Of a stretch of DNA of 58,239 bases, positions 49,354-58,239 are shown one piece after another. Source of the stretch: Chthoniobacteraceae bacterium. Its GTDB lineage: Bacteria > Verrucomicrobiota > Verrucomicrobiia > Chthoniobacterales > Chthoniobacteraceae. Made by a program: the position numbers and the translations under genes. Numbering within the stretch: the stretch's first letter is position 1; each line of letters begins with the position of its first letter. The stretch spans positions 1-58,239 of the forward strand of contig JANNWY010000136.1 of assembly GCA_031409335.1 (NCBI GenBank), written 5' to 3'. The notes beneath the pieces were generated by a model. The model was given only the letters and a program-made list of their open reading frames with translations, searched no databases and was not told where the DNA came from.

Positions 49354-50709
49354 TCATTCCTTCCACAATTTCTGCCACCACTTTTTCCCGTCCGCGTCCT
49401 TCGGTGCGTCGCCGCCGAGCTTCATGCGGTCGCGGATTTTTCCGATCTCCCAGCCGGTCAGGTTCGCGAGCGTCGCGGCTTCTTTTTCCTGCCGGCCTTT
49501 CAGACCTTCAAAGTAGGTGACGGCGGCGGGGCACTTGTCCTTGTCGCCCTTCCACGGATGCCGCATCACGTAGCGGCCCTGGAAATTTTCGCGGTCCTTC
49601 GTTTCCTGAAAGACGAGGTCTTCCGGGAAATGCTCGCGGTCGTAGCGCACATGCAGCCGCGTGACGTAACACTGCTGCGCGCCGCCGCCGCCGGGTGGCG
49701 CGAACCGACCGCGGCGACCCTGCGGACCACCGTCGTCATTTGCCCAGAAGACGCCGAGCTTGCGCAGCTCATCCGCGCTGAGCGGATCGGCGGCGCACGG
49801 GTCGCACCAATTCATGTCCCACGCGTATTCGGTGAAGACCACGCGCATGTCCTCCTTCTTCACCTGCTGGTCGAACATCGCCTTGTAGAAGTCGCCAAAT
49901 TCCCCTTTCACAAACAGCGGGATGTCCTGGCCGGTGGGCAGTTTCACCGTGCGATAGTTGGTCGTTTCGACGCGGCCATTTTTCGTGAGCGTGTAAATGA
50001 ACAGCTCCTGCGGGCCGTCGGCATTCACCGTGCCGAGGCGGATCGGCAGCATGAATTTCGGGCTCTCGAACGCGATCTGGAGCGGGCGCAGATAGGTGAA
50101 ACCGAGTTCGGATTTTTTCTCCAAGTTCACCTTCGCGACGAAGAAGCGGACTTTCTGTTTGATGTAGCTGCCGAGCACTTCCCCCGCGCCGCCGGGAATC
50201 TTGTAGCCGCTTTCTTTCAGCCACGTTTCCAGTCCATCGCTCTGGTCGGCGCTGAGGATGACGATGTCGTATTCGCCGACGGTGTATTCGGCTTCGATTT
50301 TCACGCCGAGGCTCTTCGCGCGTTCAGCACCACCCGCCGCAGCCGCAGGCGCAGGCATGGCGCTGAATGTTCGCATTTTCTCCAGTCGTGGCGCGCACGG
50401 ATCTTCATCAAAATACTCCACCAGCCGTGGCGCGGTGTAAGCGTCGAGATGTTCGATCAGCGCCTTGTCCGCGACGTGAATCTGATCGCGCTCCAGAAAA
50501 GTCGGCACCGGAATCACGATCGCGAATTCCTTCGGATCGCCGCGAAAATCATTCGCCATCGTCATCACCGTCTTGTCGTCATTTCGCGCGAGGACGACTT
50601 GCGAGGCTTTGTTGAAAAGTTTCGTGTCCGCCTTGGCGACGTAGAAGCCACAGAAGGCGAACGCGTGATTTGTGGCGAGCAGGGCGAGCGGAAGCAGCAG
50701 ATGTTTCAT
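49354..50709 (-). CDS. DUF2330 domain exported protein
   Basis: Signal peptide then AFCGFYVAKAD.KLFN.ASQV; FMLPIRLG..NA.GPQ; YAWDM.WCDPC. Confidence 0.85.
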   Translation of the reverse strand: MKHLLLPLALLATNHAFAFCGFYVAKADTKLFNKASQVVLARNDDKTVMTMANDFRGDPKEFAIVIPVPTFLERDQIHVADKALIEHLDAYTAPRLVEYFDEDPCAPRLEKMRTFSAMPAPAAAAGGAERAKSLGVKIEAEYTVGEYDIVILSADQSDGLETWLKESGYKIPGGAGEVLGSYIKQKVRFFVAKVNLEKKSELGFTYLRPLQIAFESPKFMLPIRLGTVNADGPQELFIYTLTKNGRVETTNYRTVKLPTGQDIPLFVKGEFGDFYKAMFDQQVKKEDMRVVFTEYAWDMNWCDPCAADPLSADELRKLGVFWANDDGGPQGRRGRFAPPGGGGAQQCYVTRLHVRYDREHFPEDLVFQETKDRENFQGRYVMRHPWKGDKDKCPAAVTYFEGLKGRQEKEAATLANLTGWEIGKIRDRMKLGGDAPKDADGKKWWQKLWKE

Positions 50710-50779
50710 GGGATTCAGGGAGTTAAAGGATGAGACGGACGGGACGCGGAAACATTAGCAACCGGGCGGATTTTGGCAC

Positions 50780-52675
50780 TCACGGATTCGGCTTCACATC
50801 CTGCTCCTCGTCCTCGTCTTCCTCGTCCTCGTCGCCGACGGAAACCGTCAGCGCGTCCTCCCAATCCGCGCCCGCCGGTGGCGGCGGCGTGCCGGTGAAT
50901 GGCGGACGTTCCGCGATTTGGAAGTCCGCGTGCATCACCGGATCGCGCGGGCGCGAGCGCCAGCGCGCGACTTCCGCGCCGAGTCCGAGCGCGTCGATGT
51001 GCGGCATCCACGCGTCGTGGAGTGCGGGCTGCGCGCGGCGGAGTTGTTTTTGGATGAAGCGTCTCGCAAACACCGCGTCGCGCCGCCGCAGTCTCCGCGC
51101 GGGGCTTTCGTCCGAGCGGCACGCGGGGAAAATTTTCATGACGAGCGCGACGCAGAGCAGCGCCACTCCCGCGCTTCCCCAAATCGTGAGCGGAAGATTG
51201 GTCGCGAACTGCTGCACGCACAGCGCGGCGCAAAGCAGCACGGCGATGAGGATCGGCAGAAAGATCGAGCGCGCCGCTTTCCGCGCCGGGCTCGCGAAGC
51301 CGAGCACCAGCGGCACGATCGAAAGCACGAACGCGCCGATCAGCGCATTCATCGCCGCGCGCCACTCGTGCGCTCCGTGGAAGACGGCGACCATGATGAG
51401 AACAAATCCCACGAAGAAACACATCGAGGACGCCCCGCCGAGCGCGCGCCACAAAAGCGGCGGGCGCGGCTCCGGCTCGGCGAATTGCTCCGCGACCGCC
51501 TCGCTCAACGCGGCGCGCGGATCGAAGCCGCCGCCGTGATTTTTGTAATGCTCGGCGAGCACGTCCGAACCGCTCTCGCGGCCTTTCGGAAAAAGACGGG
51601 TGATGACCTCGCGTTCGTACGGCGCGAGCGACGCGGATTCATTCATGAGCCGCAGTTTTACCTTCGATGTTTCATCCTCCGCTCCCGGCAAATCCTCGAC
51701 GGCGACCACGCCTGAATTCCGCATCCGCGCGAGAAAGTTCGGGAACATTTCCGCCACCGATCGCTCGCCAAAACGGGCAAGCGCCTCGGGCCGCATCGGC
51801 GCGATATTTTGCTCGAACCACGCGTAATTGATGCGCCCTTTCCAAAGGCCGCGCGCACGGAGTTCCGACGCGAACCAGATCGCGGAAAGCGCGAGTGCGA
51901 AGAGCACCGCGAGCGCGATCGAGCCGAGTCGCGCCACTGGCTTCCACAGCTCGATCGCAGACGGCACGCCGGGCTGGAGAAACTCGAAGAGCAGCGAGAC
52001 ACGGTAGCTTTCCTCCGAGCCGCGCCCGAGATCGCGCTCGGGAAAAATGAGCCGCCATGCCTTGTCGTATTTGATGTTGTACTGCGTCTCGCGCGGGCCG
52101 GTCGCGGGGAAAGGCGGGAAGCGGATTTCGTGTTCGTAGCGATAGCGTTTCGCGACGCGCGCGCCCGCCTCGCGCCACTTCGTGAACGCGGTCCGAATCC
52201 GCGCCGGGAATTCGCGAAACTCGCCCCACGAACCGAAGCGATCCGGCATCAGCGGGATGTCCCACGCGGGCGCGAGCGCGTAGCGTAATTCATACTCGAG
52301 GCGAAACGTGAGCGTCGCGTTTTTCCATCCGCCCTCGGGCGCGCCGATGCCCCACGTGAGTACGCCGTCGGTGAAATCGTAGCGATCCCGCTCGCGCCGA
52401 TCGCCCACATTCAAAACCTGCTCGCCCACCGCGTCCTCGCGCACCAGCCGCCGCAGCACGATCGCCTGATCCGGCCCGGTGGAAAGCGGGCGCTCCAGCG
52501 TGTCCATGTCGCCATCGAGAATCGCCGTCATCCGCTCGACGACTTCGACCGCGCCGCTGTCGAGTAGGTGCGCGTCGATCTGGATGCGATCCCAGTTTTT
52601 GTCCCAATTCGCGCGGGCGAAAATCGCGAGACAGAAAAAAATGAGGAGGGAAAGGCATGGCGAGGTGCGCGACAT
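50780..52675 (-). CDS. Hypothetical membrane protein (DUF2207-like architecture)
   Basis: Signal peptide, I.IDA.L..SGAVEVVE soluble domain, several TM helices, acidic tail. Confidence 0.65.
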   Translation of the reverse strand: MSRTSPCLSLLIFFCLAIFARANWDKNWDRIQIDAHLLDSGAVEVVERMTAILDGDMDTLERPLSTGPDQAIVLRRLVREDAVGEQVLNVGDRRERDRYDFTDGVLTWGIGAPEGGWKNATLTFRLEYELRYALAPAWDIPLMPDRFGSWGEFREFPARIRTAFTKWREAGARVAKRYRYEHEIRFPPFPATGPRETQYNIKYDKAWRLIFPERDLGRGSEESYRVSLLFEFLQPGVPSAIELWKPVARLGSIALAVLFALALSAIWFASELRARGLWKGRINYAWFEQNIAPMRPEALARFGERSVAEMFPNFLARMRNSGVVAVEDLPGAEDETSKVKLRLMNESASLAPYEREVITRLFPKGRESGSDVLAEHYKNHGGGFDPRAALSEAVAEQFAEPEPRPPLLWRALGGASSMCFFVGFVLIMVAVFHGAHEWRAAMNALIGAFVLSIVPLVLGFASPARKAARSIFLPILIAVLLCAALCVQQFATNLPLTIWGSAGVALLCVALVMKIFPACRSDESPARRLRRRDAVFARRFIQKQLRRAQPALHDAWMPHIDALGLGAEVARWRSRPRDPVMHADFQIAERPPFTGTPPPPAGADWEDALTVSVGDEDEEDEDEEQDVKPNP

Positions 52676-52740
52676 GGCTCTGAAAAATAGCTGGCGGACA
52701 AGCCATGCGGCGAGCCCCGAATGGGCGGGCGCTATTCCCA

Positions 52741-53550
52741 TCAAAAGCTCACCAACTCTCGCAACGCCGCGATCGTCTTCGGGCCGATGCCGGGCAGCGC
52801 GTCGAATGCGGCGATGTCCTTCAACGGACGCGCGCGGATGATTTGTTCCGCGGTCTTCGGCCCGATGCCAGGAAGCGATGCGAGTTCGGCGGCGGTCGCG
52901 GAGTTGAGATTGATCCGGCGCGCCTGTGTGGCTGGACCTTGCGCCATGGGTCGCTTCAAAACATCTGTCATCGACTCCACGAATCCCGTGCGCAGCCAAA
53001 GTCCGCGCCGCGCTTTCGATGCCTGAAGTTCCAGCGCACGCAAATCGCTCACGGCGCGTTGCGCAGCATCGGCGTTCGGATAGTCCGCGCTCTCGCCGCT
53101 CACCCGCGCCAGCCCCGCGGTCACCAGCGCCGCATCCAGCCTGCGTCCACCGCTTTCCACGATGCCCCAATACCGCTCGCTGCGACTCGCCCCCGGCGCG
53201 ACCTGCCGCCGCGTGATGACGCGAAAGGGCACCGCGAGAAACTTCGCCGTCAACTCCCGCGCCTTCGCGCCGCCGAGCAGCACTGCCGCAGGCGTCGCGC
53301 GGAAATACGCCGCCTGCTCCGCGATCCGCGCGCTGTAGCCATCGTCCGTCTCCGGCGCATCCACGAAATAAAGCCGGATGATCGCGGAGGAACGCCCGCG
53401 TTTCACATGAAAGCTGTCGCCATCGAAATACTTGTCGGCTTCAAAAACGCAGCCGTCCCAAACTTCCCAGGCGCGCACTTCGGCGGCGCGGGCGCCCGCG
53501 TTCCAAACCGCAAGCGCCGCGAGCAGCGCCAGCACGATTCCACGGCTCAT
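52741..53550 (-). CDS. Exported thermonuclease (SNase)-like domain fused to a ComEA-like helix-hairpin-helix domain
   Basis: DGDSFHV...IRLYFVDAPE...LV..GLAR...A...RRGLW; INLNSAT..EL..LPGIGPK..; second LPGIGPK. Confidence 0.82.
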   Translation of the reverse strand: MSRGIVLALLAALAVWNAGARAAEVRAWEVWDGCVFEADKYFDGDSFHVKRGRSSAIIRLYFVDAPETDDGYSARIAEQAAYFRATPAAVLLGGAKARELTAKFLAVPFRVITRRQVAPGASRSERYWGIVESGGRRLDAALVTAGLARVSGESADYPNADAAQRAVSDLRALELQASKARRGLWLRTGFVESMTDVLKRPMAQGPATQARRINLNSATAAELASLPGIGPKTAEQIIRARPLKDIAAFDALPGIGPKTIAALRELVSF

Positions 53551-54326
53551 GTATGTCGCGCCGTGAGCGTGAGGCGCGGCCACCACCAGACAATTCTACC
53601 GTCCTCTTCCGCCAGGCGGAAAGCGGCGCGCGCATTCGCGGGCACGGCGGCGATCAACTCGCGGACACGTATGCGATTCTCCGGCGAAGTCGCCGCTGCC
53701 TCGAAATACCATTCGAGATCGGGTTGCTTCATCGGCTGCAACTCCGCGCTCACCACATCCAGTCCGCTCGCTTCGCAAAGGCGTTTCCAAGTTCCCGGCG
53801 TGAGCAGGCGGTGATGGCTTGGATCGCGGAATTTCTCCACCTGATGCAGCCACTCCTCGGCCTCCGGCTCGTCATCAGGAACGCTGCCGTCGATCAGCAA
53901 AAACCATCCGCCTGGCCGCAACACGCGCGCCGTTTCGCGCACGAAAGATTCCGGCGAACTGAAGTGGTGCGCCGCGATGCGGCACGTCACGAGATCGAAG
54001 GTCGCGTCCGCGTACGGAAATTCCTCCGCCGCGTGCTGGCGCGTCTCGACTGTGAGGCCGCGCGCTTCCGCCGCTTCGCGCACGCGTTCCAGCATCGGCG
54101 CGGCGAGATCGGCGAGCGTCACCGTGTGCCCGAGACTCGCGAGATGCAGCCCCGTATGCCCCGCGCCGCACGCGACATCGAGCACCCGCGCCCGCCCCGG
54201 AAGGCTGATGCCTGCAAGCGCGGCGGCAACATCGGCGACATCGGCAAGGATGTGCCCGGCACCATAGTTGCGGCTCTGCCGCGCGAATTGCTCCTGCGCA
54301 GCTTTTTGCACAGCATCGAGTTTCAT
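53547..54326 (-). CDS. Class I SAM-dependent methyltransferase
   Basis: VLDVACGAGH, FDLVTCRIAAHHF, RVLRPGG. Confidence 0.9.
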   Translation of the reverse strand: MKLDAVQKAAQEQFARQSRNYGAGHILADVADVAAALAGISLPGRARVLDVACGAGHTGLHLASLGHTVTLADLAAPMLERVREAAEARGLTVETRQHAAEEFPYADATFDLVTCRIAAHHFSSPESFVRETARVLRPGGWFLLIDGSVPDDEPEAEEWLHQVEKFRDPSHHRLLTPGTWKRLCEASGLDVVSAELQPMKQPDLEWYFEAAATSPENRIRVRELIAAVPANARAAFRLAEEDGRIVWWWPRLTLTARHT

Positions 54327-54341
54327 TCGCAGCGTTCCGCG

Positions 54342-55430
54342 TCAGCCCACCTTCCGCAGTTTCGTCACGCGGCCCGTATGCACCCATTCGGCGACGAAAA
54401 TGTTTCCGTCTTTATCGAAACACGCGTCGTGCGGGTGCAGGAATTTTCCCGAAACCCAGCCTTCGCCCTTCTCGTCGCGGCGCAGTTTGTTGCCGTCCTT
54501 CAGCACTTGCGCGCGCCACCCGGGGTCTTCGCCGAGGTGCGTGATCACGGCGTCGTTTTTATCGAGCAAAGTGATGCGCGCCTGCAAATCGGGCACGAGC
54601 ATCACGTCACCGCGCGTGTCGATATTCGCGGGCAGCAGGAAGCCATCGAGCGTCTTGAGATGTTTGCCTGCGAGCGTGAACCATTGCAGCCGCATATTCG
54701 CGCGGTCGGCGACGACGAGCGATGGCTCGCGGCCCGCGCGCGCGTCGATCCACAGGCCGTGCGGCGTGTTGAATTGCCCGTCGCCCTTGCCCGGCTCGCC
54801 GAAGGACGAGACATAGTTCGCGGCCTTGTCGTAGCGATGGATGCGAAACGAGCCGTAGCCGTCGGCGAGAAAAAATCCGCCATCGGGCAGGAAGGCAAAA
54901 TTCGTCGGCATGAACGCGTCGCGCCCCCAGCGTTTCACGGGCTTCGTGTCCTCGCCTTCGGGATAAAGTTTCGAGTCCATCGGCGCGCGTTTTTCCCACA
55001 CCACTTCGCCAGTGAGCGTGAGCTTCGCAAAGTTCTTCACCTGCTGGTAGCCGGTGACCCACAGGAACTGCTCGCTGCCCTCGGTGCGCACCTCAAGCCC
55101 GTGTCCGCCACCTTGAAAAAGATTGCCGAAAGCGCGCACGAATTTTCCCTCGCCGTCGAAGACGAAGATCGACGGGTGATCCTTCAAATTCTCGCGCCCC
55201 TCGTGGATGACATAGAGCAAACCGTCGCGATCCACCGCGACGTTGTGCGTGGTCTGCCACGAATATTTGTCCGGGAGCTGCGGCCAATTGTGCAGCACTT
55301 CGTAGCGATGTTCGCCCTCGCCGACGACGAGTTGCTTGTCGGTCTTCTGGGCGGTGAGCACGCGCGGCGCGGCGATGGCGGCGGCAGTGGTGGCGAGGAA
55401 ATGGCGGCGGGAGATGAGTGGGTTTTTCAT
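54342..55430 (-). CDS. Tat-exported NHL-repeat beta-propeller protein
   Basis: SRRHFL Tat motif; PTNFAF, ADGYG, GQFNTPHG, VADRAN.RLQ.F, F.HPHD. Confidence 0.8.
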   Translation of the reverse strand: MKNPLISRRHFLATTAAAIAAPRVLTAQKTDKQLVVGEGEHRYEVLHNWPQLPDKYSWQTTHNVAVDRDGLLYVIHEGRENLKDHPSIFVFDGEGKFVRAFGNLFQGGGHGLEVRTEGSEQFLWVTGYQQVKNFAKLTLTGEVVWEKRAPMDSKLYPEGEDTKPVKRWGRDAFMPTNFAFLPDGGFFLADGYGSFRIHRYDKAANYVSSFGEPGKGDGQFNTPHGLWIDARAGREPSLVVADRANMRLQWFTLAGKHLKTLDGFLLPANIDTRGDVMLVPDLQARITLLDKNDAVITHLGEDPGWRAQVLKDGNKLRRDEKGEGWVSGKFLHPHDACFDKDGNIFVAEWVHTGRVTKLRKVG

Positions 55431-55510
55431 AGCGGAAATGATCGCGCGAAGATATGGCCCGGCGCGTTTGGGGTAAAGCAATGCCGTGGCGGCGGGCGCT
55501 GCGCGCGGCT

Positions 55511-55578
55511 CAACTTTCAACGTCCAACGTTCAACGCTCAACGTTCAAAGAAACAGCCATCTGCTTTGGACGTTGAGC
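55511..55578. repeat. Heptamer tandem repeat (CAACGTT-like x5) with a short inverted partner
   Basis: caacttt caacgtc caacgtt caacgct caacgtt, then ttggacgttgagc at 55566-55578. Confidence 0.8.
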
Positions 55579-55699
55579 TACCCACACGGACGTCCCCCTC
55601 GCACCCAGCCCCGCTTTTCTGAGCACCCCCGACCAAACGTGTCTCCTTGGAATCAGCTTGCCGCGCCCACCGCCATCCGGCTTTCCTTCCCGGGTGGCT

Positions 55700-56440
55700 A
55701 TGCATGATAGCGGCAGCGTGGTTTCTCCCGGAGCCGTGTCCTTCGACACGACCCGCTGGAGTGTCGTCGTCGCCGCAGGCGATCACCTTTCCCCCGATGC
55801 CACCGCCGCATTGGACACCCTCTGCCGCGCTTACTGGTATCCGCTTTATGCCTACGTCCGCCGTAAAGGTCTCGCGCCTGCGGATGCGCAAGATGTCACA
55901 CAGGAATTTTTCTGCCGCCTGATCGGGAGAAATGATCTCGCCGCCGTGGACCGCCGCCGCGGCAGCTTCCGCTCGTTCCTCCTCGCGTCGATCAATCACC
56001 TGCTCGCCAACGAATGGGAAAAGGCGCGCGCCCTCAAACGCGGCGGCGGACGGCAAATCCTCTCGCTCGATGCCGAGGAAGCGGAAGGCCGCTACGTGCA
56101 GGAACCCGCGGCGCACGACTCGCCGGAAAAAGCCTTTGACCGGCGCTGGGCGGCGACCCTGCTCGACCGCGCGCTCGCACGGCTGCGTGAGGAATTTGTG
56201 AGCGACGGCAAACTCGGGCAGTTCGATTTGTTGAAAGTCTTCCTCTCCGATGTCGCGGTCGATGGCGACTACGCGACGCTTGCCGCACCGCTCGGCCTCG
56301 AGCCCGGCGGAGTCGCCGTGGCGGTGCATCGCCTGCGCCTGCGCTACCGCGAAATCGTCCGCGCCGAAATCGCGCAAACCGTGGCGACGGAGGCCGAGTT
56401 GAAAGCCGAGATGAGCCACCTGTTTGCGGTCCTGGACTGA
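55700..56440 (+). CDS. ECF sigma-70 factor, Ser/Thr-kinase-associated type
   Basis: FDTTRWSVV, YWYPLYAYVRR, DAQDVTQEFF, RG.FRSFLL, V.VAVHRLR.RY. Confidence 0.88.
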   Translation: MHDSGSVVSPGAVSFDTTRWSVVVAAGDHLSPDATAALDTLCRAYWYPLYAYVRRKGLAPADAQDVTQEFFCRLIGRNDLAAVDRRRGSFRSFLLASINHLLANEWEKARALKRGGGRQILSLDAEEAEGRYVQEPAAHDSPEKAFDRRWAATLLDRALARLREEFVSDGKLGQFDLLKVFLSDVAVDGDYATLAAPLGLEPGGVAVAVHRLRLRYREIVRAEIAQTVATEAELKAEMSHLFAVLD

Positions 56441-56461
56441 GATGCGCACGCGCGGCGGAGT

Positions 56462-56626
56462 TCCGGGTAGCACGCTCGTCCCGAGCGTTGGTTTCCGCGT
56501 CCCGCGGAGACGAACTTCCCTCGTGCGTCGCCCCTGGATTCGTTTACGAAATCAGCAGCGACATCGCAGGAAGTTCGCGAAGGCGGGACGCCTTCGCCAA
56601 CGCTCGGGACGAGCGTGCTCCCCGGA
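56462..56626. repeat. REP doublet (REPIN-like; GTAG/GGAG-headed) between the sigma and kinase genes
   Basis: tccgggtagcacgctcgtcccgagcgttgg is mirrored by ccaacgctcgggacgagcgtgctccccgga; inner cgaacttcc / ggaagttcg. Confidence 0.85.
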
Positions 56627-56687
56627 GCTTTCCTGCGAACATCTGTAATCCGCGCCCCATTTTCCTGCTTTCATAAAGTAACAACCC

Positions 56688-58239
56688 ATGCCCGCCGAAC
56701 ACACCTGTCCCCGCTGCGGCACCGCACTTGCCGCCGACGCTCTCGAAGGTCTCTGCCCGACCTGCGTGGGCCGCGCGGCTTTTTCCAGTGAAATGGCGGG
56801 CGATGCCGGTGAAGCCGCGCTTTCCCCGGAGATCAAAGCCGAATTCGCGCGGCTCAAGCCCGAGGAAGTCGGCGAGCGGATCGGGCAATACAAGCTGATG
56901 GAACAAATCGGCCAGGGTGGTTTCGGGACCGTGTGGGTGGCGGATCAGGAGAAGCCGGTGCGGCGGCGCGTGGCGCTGAAGATCATCAAGCTCGGCATGG
57001 ACACGAAGGAAGTCATCGCGCGTTTCGAGCAGGAGCGGCAGGCGCTGGCGATGATGGATCATCCGCATATCGCAAAAGTCCTCGACGCTGGGGCGACGCA
57101 GTGGGGCCGTCCGTTCTTCGTCATGGAGTTGGTGCGCGGCATCAAGATCACCGACTACTGCGATCAGGCGAATCTCCCGACTGCGGAGCGGCTCGCGCTT
57201 TTCATTCAGGTCTGCAACGCAGTGCAGCACGCGCATCAAAAAGGCATCATCCACCGCGACCTCAAGCCGTCGAACATCCTCGTCACGCTGCACGACGGCG
57301 TGCCCGTGCCGAAGGTGATCGACTTCGGCGTGGCAAAAGCGACGCAGCAGCAGCGGCTCACCGACCTCACGATCTACACGCAGTTCCAGCAGATGATCGG
57401 AACGCCGCTCTACATGTCGCCCGAGCAGGCGGAGATGAGCGGGCTGGACATCGACACGCGCAGCGACATCTACAGCCTCGGCGTGCTGCTTTACGAACTG
57501 CTCACCGGGCGCACGCCGTTCGATCCCGAGGAGCTGATGAAGCAGGGCTTGGATGAAATCCGCCGGGCCATCCGCGAGCAGGAACCGCAGACGCCTTCGA
57601 TGTTTGTCAGCAGTATGACTGTCGAGATGCGCACGAGCGTCGCACAGCGCCGCCAGGCCGACGGTGCAAAACTGATCGTGCAAATCCGCGGTGACCTCGA
57701 TTGGATCGTGATGAAGGCGCTCGAAAAGGACCGGGCGCGCCGATACGAGACCGCCAACGGGCTGGCGATGGACATCCAGCGGCATCTCGCCGATGAGCCG
57801 GTGCTCGCCCGTCCGCCCAGCCACCTTTACCGGCTCCGGCGGCTCGTCCGTAGAAATCGCGTGGTCTTTGCCGCGGCAGGTGCGGTGGCTGCGGCGCTGG
57901 TCATTGGGCTAAGTGTTGCGGTTCGTTCCTTTCTCAACGAACGGACCGCACGCGCAGGCGAGACCACACAACGCGAGATCGCGGAGGAGCGGAGCAGGCA
58001 GGCGCAAACCAGCGCCAACGCAGCCACGGCGAGCGAGTTGAAGGCGCAACGTTTCCTGTACGCCGCCGACATGAACCTCGCGCAGCAAGCACTCCGGTCG
58101 AACAACCTCGGACGCGCGCGCCAATTGCTCGATCTGCACCGGCCGGCGAAAGGCGATCTCGACCTGCGCGGGTGGGAATGGCGCTACCTCTGGCAGCAGT
58201 GCCGCAGCGGCGCGCAGGCGATGATCGCGAAGCGCGATG
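56688..58239 (+). CDS. Hanks-type Ser/Thr protein kinase, partial (runs off the window; absent from the ORF track)
   Basis: N-terminal CPRCG...[45 protein letters not shown]; hydrophobic segment; [10 protein letters not shown]...RGWEWRYL, a motif that usually precedes WD40 repeats. Confidence 0.93.
   Translation, partial: MPAEHTCPRCGTALAADALEGLCPTCVGRAAFSSEMAGDAGEAALSPEIKAEFARLKPEEVGERIGQYKLMEQIGQGGFGTVWVADQEKPVRRRVALKIIKLGMDTKEVIARFEQERQALAMMDHPHIAKVLDAGATQWGRPFFVMELVRGIKITDYCDQANLPTAERLALFIQVCNAVQHAHQKGIIHRDLKPSNILVTLHDGVPVPKVIDFGVAKATQQQRLTDLTIYTQFQQMIGTPLYMSPEQAEMSGLDIDTRSDIYSLGVLLYELLTGRTPFDPEELMKQGLDEIRRAIREQEPQTPSMFVSSMTVEMRTSVAQRRQADGAKLIVQIRGDLDWIVMKALEKDRARRYETANGLAMDIQRHLADEPVLARPPSHLYRLRRLVRRNRVVFAAAGAVAAALVIGLSVAVRSFLNERTARAGETTQREIAEERSRQAQTSANAATASELKAQRFLYAADMNLAQQALRSNNLGRARQLLDLHRPAKGDLDLRGWEWRYLWQQCRSGAQAMIAKRD

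Noticed and set aside
50799..50835. ctcgtc/ctcctc repeats
   Set aside because: Explained by the acidic DEDEEDEDEEQD C-terminal tail.
53553..55622. Long antisense ORFs (e.g. 689 aa here; 39488-41782; 43336-44772)
   Set aside because: Shadow frames of well-supported genes in high-GC DNA.

Overview
A high-GC bacterial chromosomal segment. Gene content points to Verrucomicrobiota, probably Chthoniobacterales-like (inferred from DUF1501/PPC genes, PEP-CTERM proteins with autotransporter-type repeats, and an ECF sigma next to a Ser/Thr kinase). It opens with the end of an IS3-family element inserted in a DUF4276-like gene, then a HigB/HigA-peptidase toxin-antitoxin pair and a type III restriction (Res) subunit whose Mod partner is not in the window. 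Core genes follow (dnaE, tRNA-Pro, TlpA, ABC-F, dgt, ppk1, argB, argJ), mixed with large surface proteins and several small accessory patches. The most striking pattern is that three accessory patches each sit between a host gene and a diverged second copy of that gene or of its 3' end: 9152-9643/10698-11168, the TlpA 3' end at 31422-31489/32934-32999, and the ABC-F 3' end at 34791-34994/38775-38984. No integrase is nearby, the two longer copy pairs differ heavily at synonymous sites, and cargo is truncated at the ABC-F junction. This suggests repeated integrase-independent, homology-anchored capture of TA-rich cassettes. Also present: REP/REPIN-like and MITE-like hairpins, heptamer tandem repeats (one inserted in frame in dnaE), a PEP-CTERM ORF that runs antisense into tRNA-Pro, and several apparently leaderless promoters. 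All calls come from reading motifs by eye; no database searches were run.
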